Shown here piece after piece: positions 26,050-40,779 of a stretch of DNA of 64,000 nucleotides. Below the pieces are notes generated by a model. That model did no database searches. It had not been told where the DNA came from and worked only from the letters and a program-made list of their open reading frames with translations. Both the position numbers and the translations under genes were made by a program. Numbering within the stretch: position 1 is the stretch's first letter; each line of letters starts with the position of its first letter. The stretch comes from Welwitschia mirabilis (lineage: Eukaryota), in contig JBOZIK010000001.1 of assembly GCA_051453625.1 (NCBI GenBank), positions 34,086,663-34,150,662 of the forward strand, in the 5' to 3' direction.

Positions 26050-28400
26050 TAAAGGCTTGTTAGTAATTTTCATCCAAATGAATCTAAGCTTACTTTTAAA
26101 AATTATCTATAACCTTAATGTTTAATGACAGCTTGTTACATGTTTAATCTTTAAATGTTAAAATAATATGCTTTAAAGTAGCATTGATTTAATCTCTTTT
26201 ACACTTTCATGGTTTAGAGTTAAAAGATCCTTACTTTCATCTCAAAGAGTTTGAGCATGTTCTTCCCATAATTCCTTANNNNNNNNNNNNNNNNNNNNNN
26301 NNNNNNNNNNNNNNNNNNNNNNNNNNNNNNNNNNNNNNNNNNNNNNNNNNNNNNNNNNNNNNNNNNNNNNNNNNNNNNNNNNNNNNNNNNNNNNNNNNNN
26401 NNNNNNNNNNNNNNNNNNNNNNNNNNNNNNNNNNNNNNNNNNNNNNNNNNNNNNNNNNNNNNNNNNNNNNNNNNNNNNNNNNNNNNNNNNNNNNNNNNNN
26501 NNNNNNNNNNNNNNNNNNNNNNNNNNNNNNNNNNNNNNNNNNNNNNNNNNNNNNNNNNNNNNNNNNNNNNNNNNNNNNNNNNNNNNNNNNNNNNNNNNNN
26601 NNNNNNNNNNNNNNNNNNNNNNNNNNNNNNNNNNNNNNNNNNNNNNNNNNNNNNNNNNNNNNNNNNNNNGCACTTACATTATTTCCTTTTTACCTTAAAA
26701 AGAAGGTAAAATCTTGGCTTTACACATTAAAAGATATTTGCATTACCACATGGATTGAACTCAATTAATCATTTATTAGAAAAGTTTTTCCTAGTCACAA
26801 AACCAATGCCATTAGAAGAGAACTTATTAATTTTTAACAAAAGGATAATAAAACCTTCTTCTACAAAGATCTACTTCTTAAATTCCTATAATGTGGTTTT
26901 GAACAAGTAAGAGTTATAAGTTTTTTTTATGAAGGACTTTCATCCAATCATAGGTAACTTATTGAGATGATTTAAAGGGTAATATTTTTACATCTTAATA
27001 TTGATGAATCCTAGGGTCTTTTTAAGACCATATTTAAGAGTTCTAAGAATTGGAAGAAACTTTATGAGCCAACAAGATCATAACAACTATTAGGTCTATT
27101 AGTATATTTAAAATCCCTAATATCATAAGGTTAACCAAATGTTAGATAAGCTTTTTAAGAAAATTAATGCTCTTAACACTAATGCTAAGTCCATAATTCC
27201 AACTCTCTATTACAACATTTATTGTGTGGATACCCATGAAACCTCAGATCACCTAGCTATTTCCATGGTTTAAGAAGCAATGAAAGAACAAGTTAATGCT
27301 ATATGGGAATAATGGCACAACTAAAGAACCAACAATTCCTACTTCAATTTCTATAACCCAAGATGAAAAAATCACTCAAACATTTTATGAAAAAAAGACA
27401 ATCCTATGCAAGCCTCATATATTCAATCTAAGAATTCAAATTCTTCCCTAACTTCCAACTCTTTAGAAACCACACTTTAAAATTCTATGAAAGTTCAACA
27501 TCACATTAATGGATCTCAATAATAATTTAACCAACAAACATCTTTAACATTAAAAAAGTTAAAATAAGAAATACATCAACTAAGTTAAGCCACTACCCAT
27601 ATCATTACATAACTTAATAAAAGTGAGAAGGACAAGTTTCCTAATATACAGGAGCCTAAAATTGATAGTTATAAGTTGATAGAAGATATACAAATTAAGA
27701 GAACTAAGGTTGTACACTTGAGAAGTGGAGAAAAAATTAATAAAAAGTTAGAAGAGAAACAATTTCAAGAAGAATAGGTACAACAACATGATCCTAAAAG
27801 TAAGGAAAAGGTAGAGGAGAAACATGAAGATAATAAAGCTATTCCAACTTACAAGGAACATATATCATTTCCTAAATAACTTAGAAATAATCACTTAGCT
27901 AAGAAATAACAAGAAGCACTAGAAATTTTCAAGGAAGTGAAAATCAATATCCCTTTGTTAGAATCCATTAAACAAGTCCCTTCTTATGCTAAATTCTTGA
28001 AAGATCTATGAACTATTAAAAGAATCATAAATATGAAGAGTAAATCCTTCCTTACTCAACAAATTAGTGCTATTATTTAAAACCAAATTTCTCCAAAATA
28101 CAAATACCTTGGATGTCCTATAATATCCATCACTATTTGTAACACAAAATTCCAATAAAGCTTATTATATCTTGGAGCAAGCCTCAATCTTTACCTTATA
28201 ATATCTACAAGGAACATGGTTTAAATAATCTCAAGTCAAAAATTGCTAATTTTTAGTAGACTTTATAGTTTTGTAGATGGAAAAGACTAGAAGCCATACC
28301 ATTTTTATTATCTTTGGAAGATCTTTTCTTACTACTTCTAATGCTCTTATCAATTTAATAAATGGTCTTAAGACTATTTCCTTTATAAAAATGTCCATTG
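26050..28400 (+). pseudogene. Element C gag and aspartic protease remnant
   Basis: Recognisable fragments: LPTFHGL...DPY.HL.EFE, L..FPF.LK.K.K.WL, VKINIPLL..IKQVPSYAKFLKDL, K.PGCP.ISI, L.LGAS.NL.P, FIIFGRSFLTTSNALIN. Confidence 0.8.
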
Positions 28401-30913
28401 NNNNNNNNNNNNNNNNNNNNNNNNNNNNNNNNNNNNNNNNNNNNNNNNNNNNNNNNNNNNNNNNNNNNNNNNNNNNNNNNNNNNNNNNNNNNNNNNNNNN
28501 NNNNNNNNNNNNNNNNNNNNNNNNNNNNNNNNNNNNNNNNNNNNNNNNNNNNNNNNNNNNNNNNNNNNNNNNNNNNNNNNNNNNNNNNNNNNNNNNNNNN
28601 NNNNNNNNNNNNNNNNNNNNNNNNNNNNNNNNNNNNNNNNNNNNNNNNNNNNNNNNNNNNNNNNNNNNNNNNNNNNNNNNNNNNNNNNNNNNNNNNNNNN
28701 NNNNNNNNNNNNNNNNNNNNNNNNNNNNNNNNNNNNNNNNNNNNNNNNNNNNNNNNNNNNNNNNNNNNNNNNNNNNNNNNNNNNNNNNNNNNNNNNNNNN
28801 NNNNNNNNNNNNNNNNNNNNNNNNNNNNNNNNNNNNNNNNNNNNNNNNNNNNNNNNNNNNNNNNNNNNNNNNNNNNNNNNNNNNNNNNNNNNNNNNNNNN
28901 NNNNNNNNNNNNNNNNNNNNNNNNNNNNATTTCCTTTATAAACATGGCCATTGAATTGAATATTTTCAATAGTATGAAGTGATATGATGATTGAAAGGAG
29001 TGGATTTTGGTGGAAGCCTTAATAATCTTAATCCTTCTTCCTATGAGCAAAACATTCTTTTTCTTTCATTTTATTTGGGTTTTGATTCATATAATAATGA
29101 TTCTTCTTATTACATAAACTTACCTCTTTAAAATATAAGATCTATCTCTGATGATGATCCTCCTAATTTATTGCTTTATTCATTCCTGCCTTCATCAAAG
29201 AGAAACATTTTATAAGAATTGGTAGTTAAGAAAGGAAAAGAAATAGGATGGTATCTTATGGCTTAGAATGTTTAAGGCTTAAAGAGGATTCTCCTCACAC
29301 TCTTCTTGAATTTTTAACTTCATATATGGATTCTTTCCATGACAACATTACTAAGTCAAATTCATTACTTGATCAACCATCCTATTCTTTTAATATTAAT
29401 GCTTTTTCATCTTTACCCATAATTACACACTAACGTTGTGAACCTAACTTGATTTTATCAAATGAGATTAAATTGGATTCACTTATTTTATCCTTGGGAA
29501 GCTTGGATAAAATTATAGAAAAATCCCATGTGTTTAAGAATGCTCTTTTTATAGAAAATCCTAATCATTTTCATCCACATCATATACATTTTAGTTACTT
29601 ACCCTCATTCAAGTCACCTCCATATAATCCTTCATCACCTATATTTGATCCATCCCTTTGATCATCTTATGAGCTTATGAGACTCATTGATCCTAGTTAA
29701 CAATATTTCCTTCAAATCAAATAAAGAGATCTTTTATATTTTAAAAGCTTAGTTAAAATTTTATAAGTTTTTCCTTTTTTATTAAATTATCTTTGAATTT
29801 TTGAGTTTTTTGTTTTTGTACTAAAATTTGCATGCATTTAGAGATTTTCAATTTGGAACCAAACAATAAAGAAGAGAATGGAGTCTTTTATTTCATGGTA
29901 CTTCTTTCTTTTAAAGAATTTATGGGGATAATATTACTTTTTCTATTAGGCTAAGTATCCAATGACCCCTTTCATGTACTATGAATATAGAAATTTTTAA
30001 AAAAATAATAAGAGAAAAGATATCAAAAAATCTTAAACCTCTTTTGCAAATATTTTTTATGATCTTTTCTATTAGGTTTAATTAACTACATTGGGGCTAT
30101 AGATGCTTATTCATAATATACCTCTAATAATTCATTTGTTATACATTCATCTACATCGGGGCTATAGATACATGATGGTAATGTGCCACTAAATACCTCT
30201 TGGATAACATGTTAAATATATTAAAAGAAACTATTATGGCACTGAATTCTTAATATGATCAAATGCTTGAAATGTGTATGTCCATGAACTAAGAAGGGAA
30301 AGAAATGAAATTAAGGTAGGATTAGAGAAATTACTTGTTTTAATAACTAAATTTAACACTCTTTGGTTAGTAGTGATTTTTCAAGGATTTACTAACTTAG
30401 ACTTTTTTTTTGTCTTGGTAAAGAAGACACCCAAATTATGTAAATAAATAAAAACAATTATACTTTATTTTTATCTTATCTTATTTATTCATAAGATGTA
30501 TAGTAGGATTTTGTTTTTCATTCATCCACTCTATCACATTTTTAGTTACATCCGTTATCGATCCTAAGCCATAATCCTTTAATTTTTTCTTCAATAAAAA
30601 GTATACCAATAAACACATTATTTTTTCTATGATTTTATGCTTTTATTCATGTCTAAATCCAAAGAAAAATCAATCTAAATCATTGAAAAGATTTGATCAT
30701 CTAATGGCTTCTCATAGGAGATTTATAACCTAACTTTTCTCACCTTTTCTCTCTCTTATATTTCTTCATCTACATTTTTTTGTTGTGATAGTTGTATTGT
30801 ACTTATGTCTTACTTAATTATGATGCCTAACTCTTAATAGAACTAGCACCACTAGCATCCCTAATTAGTACCTCCATCTTATTTTTCTTAAACATATTAC
30901 TATTTTTCATAGA

Positions 30914-32169
30914 TGTTGCGATGTCAAATTGTATGTATTAGATGATGTTTTTTGAGTAGTTTTATAGGACATTAGATAGGTTTAAGTAGAGTTTTAATAA
31001 TAATAAAGATCTAATACAATAATCATAGAAATATACAATATTTATTACCTTTGACAACATTTTAGACAAAACACAATACCTCCCATTTGAAGAAGAGTTC
31101 CATAATTAAAGATGCTAATTTATGCAAGAAATAACTCAAATAGGCCATCATCCACTTCATCATCTAGATGATCATAGTAGACAACTAAAGTAAGGAAGGT
31201 AAATAATATGTTGATTAAACTAAAATAGAAGCTGATGTAAATCTCTCTTGATGTAATATTATCCCCATCATCATCTAAATAACTGACGGAATGACACCCA
31301 AAAATAACTAATGCACTAAACACTACTAACTTCTGCAAAGGATAATGTACTTCTTATGTGTTATTAGGGTTTTTCATTATGTCTATTATGTTTTATATTT
31401 TTAGAGTCTTATTGTAATAGAAACCTCCTTTATGATTAACTTTAAAGTTTATCTTTTTTACTACTGAAAATTTTAGTGACAAAAGATTAAAGAACAAGAG
31501 ATTCGTTCATTGTTATTGAGAGAATTTTTTTTCTTGGTACTGAATTATATCTCCTTCATTGAGGTGTTACTGCTTTATAACATGAATGTTGTTTCAACTA
31601 TAATCCAAACATTTTCTTTTTCTTATTTTCTTATGTGCATCTCCCTTATGATTTATATTGATTATGATTTATTGATAGCTTCATACTTGATATAGATCAT
31701 GATGGCAACTTTTTTTAAGGTTGAAACTATTAGAGTAGATTGCATTACATTTTATTTTGCATTTCATAGCATAATATTTACATGTTTTTCATGTTTTGTT
31801 TAATGTACCCAATAGCTTAGCTTGGTTAGGGTTTAGTAATAGTTTTTCTTAATTGATCTATATTATATAGGACTAATCTTTATGATGGAAGGACTTAGTA
31901 ATTAAATAGAGATTTCATTTAGAGTATTTTACATTTTAGTATGTACGTCTTGCATTGTTTATTACATCATTATTTATTTTTATCTACTTAAAAGAAAATA
32001 CAAAAATATTTTATTTGAAATCATTCCCTTTTTTATTACCTAGTGCATTTAATAGATTATGACATTTAGGTTAACTCCCATCTATATGAGTATTTGTATT
32101 TGCCAAAATATTTGTCATTTTCAAGATTTTCTTAAGGATGTAATGATTGCATAAATACTTACCACAACA
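30914..32169 (+). repeat. 5' LTR of element D
   Basis: TG..CA termini with a 5-bp terminal inverted repeat. 30920-31260 matches 42905-43240, and 32138-32169 matches 44121-44153. Confidence 0.88.
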
Positions 32170-32172
32170 TCT

Positions 32173-32190
32173 TAGTGCCATTATCGAAGA
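32173..32190 (+). promoter_or_regulatory. Primer-binding site of element D (tRNA-Asp type)
   Basis: tagtgccattatcgaaga vs tggcgccgttgccgggga: 7 differences, all transitions, 3 nt after the LTR end. Confidence 0.75.
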
Positions 32191-32849
32191 ATGCCATAAG
32201 GATTTTTAAGATTATTGTTGCTTAGATAAGTAGTTTAGATTTTAATTCAAGTTATTTATCTATGATAGTATTGTATTTTTATAGTAGATTAATATGTTTT
32301 TCAATTCACATTTTTCAATTTCATTTTACAAATAAAGTCTTGTGGTTTCCCTTAGCATCTAAATGATGCATAGTGGATGATAGATCTTAAAATTATGGTC
32401 TTTATTTTCTATAAAATCTAGAATTTTTTGATTATTTTCCTCTATGATTCAAAAAACTCAAGTGGATAACTATTATTTTTCTTTCTGTCTATTTTTTCTG
32501 TAACTCTATTTTTCTCTTCTTTTTTTTTTTTGGTTCTTTTTGGAAGTTATTATTCAGGTATATTATCTGGATGACCTTTAAGACAACACTTGCAGAAACA
32601 ATATTAATCATGTAGAGATATGATATATTTGAGTAAAAAAATAGGGTATCAAAGAGAGCAGATGCTAATTAAAGAAAACATCAAAGAAGGCCTAGTTAAC
32701 TATGAACTAAACTTAGGTGCACACATTCCAACTACATAATAAATTTCAAGAATTAAATAAAAATATTTTCCTACATTTACTATTTTAGAATCTGATTTTT
32801 TAAAACAAAATTATGTAAACAAAAATTTTGAAGAAGAAATTTTAATTCC

Positions 32850-35800
32850 AATGTTGAATTTAATGAAAAAACAAAATCAAGTATCTTCTTTTAATACTTC
32901 TATCATGAAAGGAATCTCTAATGTAAATGTAAATACAAACTTCAATGTCACACTTAAAGAATTAATTATAAATAAAAAGCATGAAATTCAAAATCCATTT
33001 GATCTACCTCCTATTGACAATGTCAAGTTAAAAAATTTAAGTTCATCTCATATATTTACTAGACAAATTATAAGGATCCACTTCAAAATTTAGCAGACAT
33101 AGAACTACTTGTACTTACTTCAAGAAATGGTAAAAAATGGATTAGTAATTATACCCATATGGTATTCTTCCTTAACACACTTAAAGAAAAATCAAAATCA
33201 CGACTTATAACTATTCCACAAAAATGTCTAAAAAATGGAATCAATTACAAAAGCATTTATCAAAATATTTTTGAGTAAAAGTACAATGAGAAAAAGAAAA
33301 AAATAAGTAATAAACTTTCAACAACAACCTAATGAGGATTAAGACATAACATATGAACAATTTTCCATAACAATACATTCTAATCTTATTAACACATTTT
33401 CTTAATAAGAACTAATAGGTTATTTCTATAGTGGATTAAATGGTCAAACTAAACAACTTGTAGATTTCTCTTATGATGATAACTTAATAAACATAACATT
33501 AAATAATGCATGAAAATTTTTAGAAGAATTATTGAAATAAGTCAAACTTGGCCTAAATCAACATGAAAAGAAAATGGTATTATAGGTCAAATCATAAAAG
33601 ATCTGAAGGAATTAAAACAAGAAAAGAATGAAGTATAACATAAACCAACAAATGTAATTAAGGATTTCACAACCACTTTAGAAAAATATACACAAATGGT
33701 ACTCGATGCAAAAGTAACAACTAAAAAGAATGTGATTCCAACTTGCAATTTATGTGAAGATAATTATCATGTAACAAAATAATATCCTTTATTGCCAACA
33801 TACAAAGAGAAAATTTATGAATAAGTATGTGAATTTAATCAAAATCCCTCAAACTTTAAAAATCAAAATCAAAATTAATATAAATAAAGAATAAATTAAA
33901 AATCAAAATTTTAACCTTTCGAAAATAAATTTAAAAGACTAAACTTTTAAATAAGTCATTCAAATTTCCAACCATTTAAAAATATAGTATAAAACGTAAA
34001 TTTTTAATTAAATAATTTAAACTACTAATCAAGTAGCTCAATTTTTTATGCAAGTACTTTAAAAGTTCAAAAAATCAAAATGATCCACTTAAAAATTCAA
34101 TAGATGAGCTAAGAAAATCACAAGAAAATACTAACATAAATATTAAAAATCTAGAAAATGTCCTTCAACAAACAATGTTAGCAAACCAAAGGTCATAAGA
34201 ATCACTTATAACTCAACCTTTACCANNNNNNNNNNNNNNNNNNNNNNNNNNNNNNNNNNNNNNNNNNNNNNNNNNNNNNNNNNNNNNNNNNNNNNNNNNN
34301 NNNNNNNNNNNNNNNNNNNNNNNNNAAGTTGCTTAATTTTTTATGCAAGTACTTCAAAATTTCAAAAAATCAAAATGATCCACTTAAAGATTCAATAGAT
34401 GAGCTAATAAAATCACAAGAAAAGACCAACACAAATATTGAAAATCTAGAAAATGTCCTTCAACAAACAATGTTAGCAAATCAAAGGTCATAAGGATCAC
34501 TTATAACTCAACCTTTACCAATCCTAATAAGGTTAAAAAATATTTGAAAGTTGTAACAAGAAGTAAAAATGATATAACTCCTCTTATCTATGAGGCTTCA
34601 ACTTTCAAAGATAATAAAAAGATAAAGAAGAAGGAAAGGATATAGAAATCTTAAAAAAACATAACTTTTCTTCTCCTTCAAATGATAAGCTTACAAAGAA
34701 AAAATTCTTCATAAGATAATAAAGAAAAGAAACCTACTACCCTTGGCTTGATAGATTAAACACAAATCCTACTTTTAGAATTATTTAAAATCCTTAATGT
34801 AAGATGTAATCATAAATTTACCTTTTTTGAAAACTCTTGAAAAAAAACTAAATATTTTAATTTTTGAAAAGAACTAATTAGAAGGAAATAAAAACAAACC
34901 ATACCTAGTAAAATTTTCCTTGCTCAATCCATATCCAACTTAGTCATGCAAAAATGTTTAAAATTTAAAGATCCTAATAGAGTAAGGATTAGTATCACTT
35001 TAGAAAGAAATAAAAGAATTCAAAAAGCCTTAATTGATATAGGAGCAAGTGTTAATATCATGCCTCTTCATATTTATCAAAGACTTAGTTTAAAAAATAG
35101 AATTAAACCTATACATATCATCTTAGAACTAGCTGATACCTTAGTTAAGAAACCATTAGGAATAATAAAAGACTTGTTGATTCAAATAGAAGAAGATTTT
35201 TATCCAATAGACATGGTAATTACTGAAGTTAAACATTATGAAGGCTACTTGCTACTTCTAAAAAGAGTATTTATGAAATCACCTACTATATTATTGAGAC
35301 ATGTACTAAAATTATAAAGTTCCATTTACAAAATAAGAAATTTACCATTAGTGTTTTTTATGCTACTAAAAAAGACATGAAAGATGAGTGGAATTTAAAG
35401 AAAGAAATAAAACCAACATTATTTTTACAACATCGTCCACTTAAAAAAATATGGTTAATGTTTCATAAGCCTATATTATATGATGATCCAATGGAAAAAG
35501 AAAATTTAAAACTTTTAACCTTGATGAACTCAACTATGAAAACCTAGAAACTGACTTAATTAAGAGAATGAAGAAGAAAAATTTATAATTTAAGAAGTTG
35601 TTCAACATTTAAAAACAACTGATAATCTATATTTTGAGGGGGGGTGGTTCATCCATGTTATTCAGATGATGGTCAAAGATTATAGTTAACCCTAAGAAAT
35701 CAATGACAAAAAGTAAAATTTTTAACTTAGAACTAAAATGTTTACCTAGTGGACTAAAATACATCTTTTTGTTTAATGATCAGAAGAAACCTTTGATAAT

Positions 35801-37910
35801 AAATGAACATCATTTCCCTCAATAAGAATTAATTTTAATCTCACTCTTCACTTATAAGGTTAATGCGTTTACTTGGACTCATAATCATTTAGTAGCTATT
35901 TTCACTTCTATAGTTTAACATAAAATCCACTTTGAAGATAACGCAAAACTAGTTAGGCAACCCAAAGGTAGACTAAATCCAGCCCTTAAATAAGTCATTA
36001 AAGATCAAATCATTAAACTAATGGATGTTGAAATTATTTATGCTATATTTAATAGTGAGTGGTGTACTCCTTTGATGGTAGTATCTAAAAAAGATGGGAA
36101 GTGGAGAATGTGTATTGATTTTAAAAATCTTAATGAAGTAATAAAGAAAGATAATTACCCTTTATTATTTTTAGATTAAATTCTTAATAGGATTCAAGGA
36201 CATGTCTTTTATTATTTCTTGATGGGTATAGTGGTTACAATCATGTTTGTATAACTAGTAAGGAATAAGAAAAAATAACTTTTACTTTAAACTTTGGAAC
36301 ATTTTCATTTAGATTTATTTCTTGTATACTTTGTAATGCCCCTAAAACTTTTTAATGTATAATGATGGGTATCTTTACTAATATTTTAGAGGATTCAAAG
36401 GAAATTTTTATGGATCACTTCTTAATCTTTAGTAAAAATTTAGAACAAATCATAAAAAGGTTACACAAATTCTTAGATAGATGCATTAAGAGTGGCCTAC
36501 ATTTGAGTTGGGAGAAGTATTTATTTCTTATTAATAATAGGATTATCTTAGGTCATCACATTTATAATAATAAAATTAGGATGGACCCTACAAAAGTAAC
36601 TATCATTAAAAACATAAATCCTCTAATAAATGTTAAACAAGTTAAATCTTTCCTTAGTCATTGTGGTTTCTATCTCCATTTTATTCATGATTATGCTAAC
36701 ATTTACAAACCTCTTACTTGTTACTTATAAAAGAAGCTAAAGTTTATTAGTATAAATCATGTTAACTTTCTTTTAAAACACTTAAAGATAAAATCTCTTC
36801 TAAACTTCTAGTAATTGGACCTAATTAGAATAAAGACTTTGAATCAATATGTGATCTAGTAATATTATCATGGGTGGGTTTCTTAGTTAGAAATATTAAA
36901 AACATTGTAAGTTATATCTTACCATAGCAAAACTTTCTTTAAATCTCAATCCAATTACATGAAAACTAAAATAGGAATGTTAGTCGTAATCTTTTATCTT
37001 GATAATCTTAGATACTATCTTTTAGATTTTCATATACATATTTTCATAGACTATGTAGTTATTTTATACCTTATAACTAAGAAATATTTTAGTTATAGAC
37101 TCATTAAATGGATCCACTTTATGCAAGAATTTAGTATTACCATCATCGATAAAGTAGGAAACGTAACAATATAGTAGATCATTTATTACAACTTTCTTCT
37201 TCTCTTGATGATCTTTCAATTAATGATCCTTTTTGTAATGAACAACTTGTTGCCATCCCTGCTACTCAAAATACTCTTTGATATGCTGATATAGTGAGCT
37301 ATCTTGTTACCATAAAAACACCTTAACATTGGAGCCATAATTAAATAAAATATTTTTTTAATAAGATTGGTGATTATGAATGGCATAAATTACATCTTTA
37401 CCATAAGTTCAAAGACCAAATCATGAGAAAGGTATGTCTAAATGGGAATAATTAGATATTCTTTATATTTGTCATAATGGTGTATGTGGAGGACACTTTA
37501 GTGGATAGAAAACTATAATGAAAATTCTTCACTTTAGTTTTTATTGGCCTAGTATTTTTTATGACTCTTTTGACTTTGCTAGAATATGTGATTCTTGTTA
37601 ATGTTGTGGTAGCATTATTCATTTTCATGATATGTCCCTTAAACTTATTCTAGAATGTGAAGATTTTAACTACTGGGGAATTAACTTTATAGGCCCTATT
37701 AAACTACCTTCTCATGATACAAATTATATTTTAGTGGCTATTGATTATGTTACCAAATTGGTTAAAGCTATTTCTAGTGTTACAAATGATGCCTGAATTA
37801 TTTGCAATTTTATTTGAACTCTTATTTTCTAACATTTTGATTTTATAGAATTATCATTAGTGGTTAAAGGACTTATTTTATAAATAAACTTTTTAGGAGA
37901 CTTCTTTTAT
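32850..37910 (+). pseudogene. Element D gag-pol remnant (gag, PR, RT, RNase H, integrase)
   Basis: Protease KALIDIGASVNIMP (34946-35317), RT (36362-36730), RNase H (36959-37174: YYLL..HI.IFIDY...LIKWI..MQEF), and integrase zinc-finger/core region ~37440-37900. The PR-RT-RH-INT order is Ty3/gypsy. Confidence 0.9.
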
Positions 37911-40779
37911 CNNNNNNNNNNNNNNNNNNNNNNNNNNNNNNNNNNNNNNNNNNNNNNNNNNNNNNNNNNNNNNNNNNNNNNNNNNNNNNNNNNNNNNNNN
38001 NNNNNNNNNNNNNNNNNNNNNNNNNNNNNNNNNNNNNNNNNNNNNNNNNNNNNNNNNNNNNNNNNNNNNNNNNNNNNNNNNNNNNNNNNNNNNNNNNNNN
38101 NNNNNNNNNNNNNNNNNNNNNNNNNNNNNNNNNNNNNNNNNNNNNNNNNNNNNNNNNNNNNNNNNNNNNNNNNNNNNNNNNNNNNNNNNNNNNNNNNNNN
38201 NNNNNNNNNNNNNNNNNNNNNNNNNNNNNNNNNNNNNNNNNNNNNNNNNNNNNNNNNNNNNNNNNNNNNNNNNNNNNNNNNNNNNNNNNNNNNNNNNNNN
38301 NNNNNNNNNNNNNNNNNNNNNNNNNNNNNNNNNNNNNNNNNNNNNNNNNNNNNNNNNNNNNNNNNNNNNNNNNNNNNNNNNNNNNNNNNNNNNNNNNNNN
38401 NNNNNNNNNNNNNNNNNNNNNNNNNNNNNNNNNNNNNNNNNNNNNNNNNNNNNNNNNNNNNNNNNNNNNNNNNNNNNNNNNNNNNNNNNNNNNNNNNNNN
38501 NNNNNNNNNNNNNNNNNNNNNNNNNNNNNNNNNNNNNNNNNNNNNNNNNNNNNNNNNNNNNNNNNNNNNNNNNNNNNNNNNNNNNNNNNNNNNNNNNNNN
38601 NNNNNNNNNNNNNNNNNNNNNNNNNNNNNNNNNNNNNNNNNNNNNNNNNNNNNNNNNNNNNNNNNNNNNNNNNNNNNNNNNNNNNNNNNNNNNNNNATTA
38701 CTAGTACTCATTAGTTAGGCATTTTAAAGTTATTAGATTAGATCTACCTAATCTTAAGACATTCATGCATCTATGAACTTCATTTTAAATGAATATGTTT
38801 TATTTCTTATATTCTTTGAGGTTTTTTATTATTTAGATGTATTCGTTTCTATTTTTAACCTTACTTATGTACCTTTGTCTTCAAGAGTGTATGGTCATGT
38901 GGGATTTATTCCAAAAGAGAGAGAGAGANNNNNNNNNNNNNNNNNNNNNNNNNNNNNNNNNNNNNNNNNNNNNNNNNNNNNNNNNNNNNNNNNNNNNNNN
39001 NNNNNNNNNNNNNNNNNNNNNNNNNNNNNNNNNNNNNNNNNNNNNNNNNNNAATCATACTTCATGGGTCATTACTTCTATAACTATGGTTGACCTCCCCT
39101 AATCATGGAAAATGGTCAAAGAACTTTAAGGCTATGTTAGCAGTGGTGTTCTTGGTGTCATTGAAGGCATTTCTTATTTTCTAGACTTTTAGTATTTCCA
39201 CATGACTATGTCACTTTTAAGGATTAGGGTGTGTTTTGGTGTATGAGTAGATGAGTTCATTTCTAAGTAGTTTCTAATCTTATCATTCACCAGTTAAAGC
39301 ATTAGATCTTTGTTATTTTAATAATCACTGCTTTATCAAGTGGAACTTTATGGAGTTGACACATCTTGTTATGCATTATCAATTAGGTGACTTTATGATT
39401 TCTTTCAAGTAGATTGCTAGGTTAGGATTTAAGGTAGGAATACTATCTTCTTCACATTCCTAATTGTCTGTTTTAATTTTGTTTTTTCTTAGTTATTTAG
39501 TTTGATATTTCAAAGTTATTTCCATTCTTTTTCATCATCATTTTTAGGACTTGATTATTTAGTACTTTTCTTATTATTATTTTTATTCTCACTTGCGTTT
39601 TTTATCAATAAAAGTTAACCTTATTTTAGAATTTTGATTAGATGATGTTCTTTTAGGATTACATGATATTCATTTAAATATTTTTTAGTTCAAGATACTT
39701 TTATGAGAACTTTGAGTTTAGGCACATTTGTTGAGTTTCTTTCATCATGCTTCTTCCTACTTAGTACATTTTCATCATCTTATCTTTTCTCTTACTTCAA
39801 TCTTTTCTCATTTTTTAGCCTTCTTCATTATGATTTTTTACTATTTTCCATCTTTTAGGATTTTTAACAAACTTTCTCACACTTACATCCTACTATTTGA
39901 ACCTAATTTATTTAAATGNNNNNNNNNNNNNNNNNNNNNNNNNNNNNNNNNNNNNNNNNNNNNNNNNNNNNNNNNNNNNNNNNNNNNNNNNNNNNNNNNN
40001 NNNNNNNNNNNNNNNNNNNNNNNNNNNNNNNNNNNNNNNNNNNNNNAATAGTGTGATAAAACCATGGCTTTAATTATTTTCCACCATGTTTCTTCATTCT
40101 TACACCTTTTCTCTTCATTCTCTTAAGAGGAACTTTTCACCTTTGGGTCCATCATCATCTTTAACACCCTAATCGATTAGATTCAACCTCCATTTGTAAG
40201 ATTCCATGATTTTTTTGCAAAATAAGGTATGTTTCTCTCTTCTTGATTATTTTCTATTTTTTATCTCATTTCTCAACCTTTGGAAGTATTAGTTTTCATA
40301 TAGAATGTTCAATTTTTAGAGCTGTNNNNNNNNNNNNNNNNNNNNNNNNNNNNNNNNNNNNNNNNNNNNNNNNNNNNNNNNNNNNNNNNNNNNNNNNNNN
40401 NNNNNNNNNNNNNNNNNNNNNNNNNNNNNNNNNNNNNNNNNNNNNNNNNNNNNNNNNNNNNNNNNNNNNNNNNNNNNNNNNNNNNNNNNNNNNNNTTAGT
40501 TTTTCCATTTGATCACTTTTATTTTTCACCTTTTGTGATGCCCACCTATTTTATCTTTTTGATTTTCTCTCATGTTTCATGTTATTTCTTCATACAATTA
40601 GGTAATACATGACATCTTAGATTTCTTCAAAGAGGAAAACAAATATTTTTGAGATTTTTACATGAAAAGTAATTTATAGGAATCATTTATAGGCTTTTAC
40701 AAGACATATTTATTGATTTTGTATTATCTTACATGATGCATATTATGATGTTTCATAAGTTATACACTAGATGCATTAG

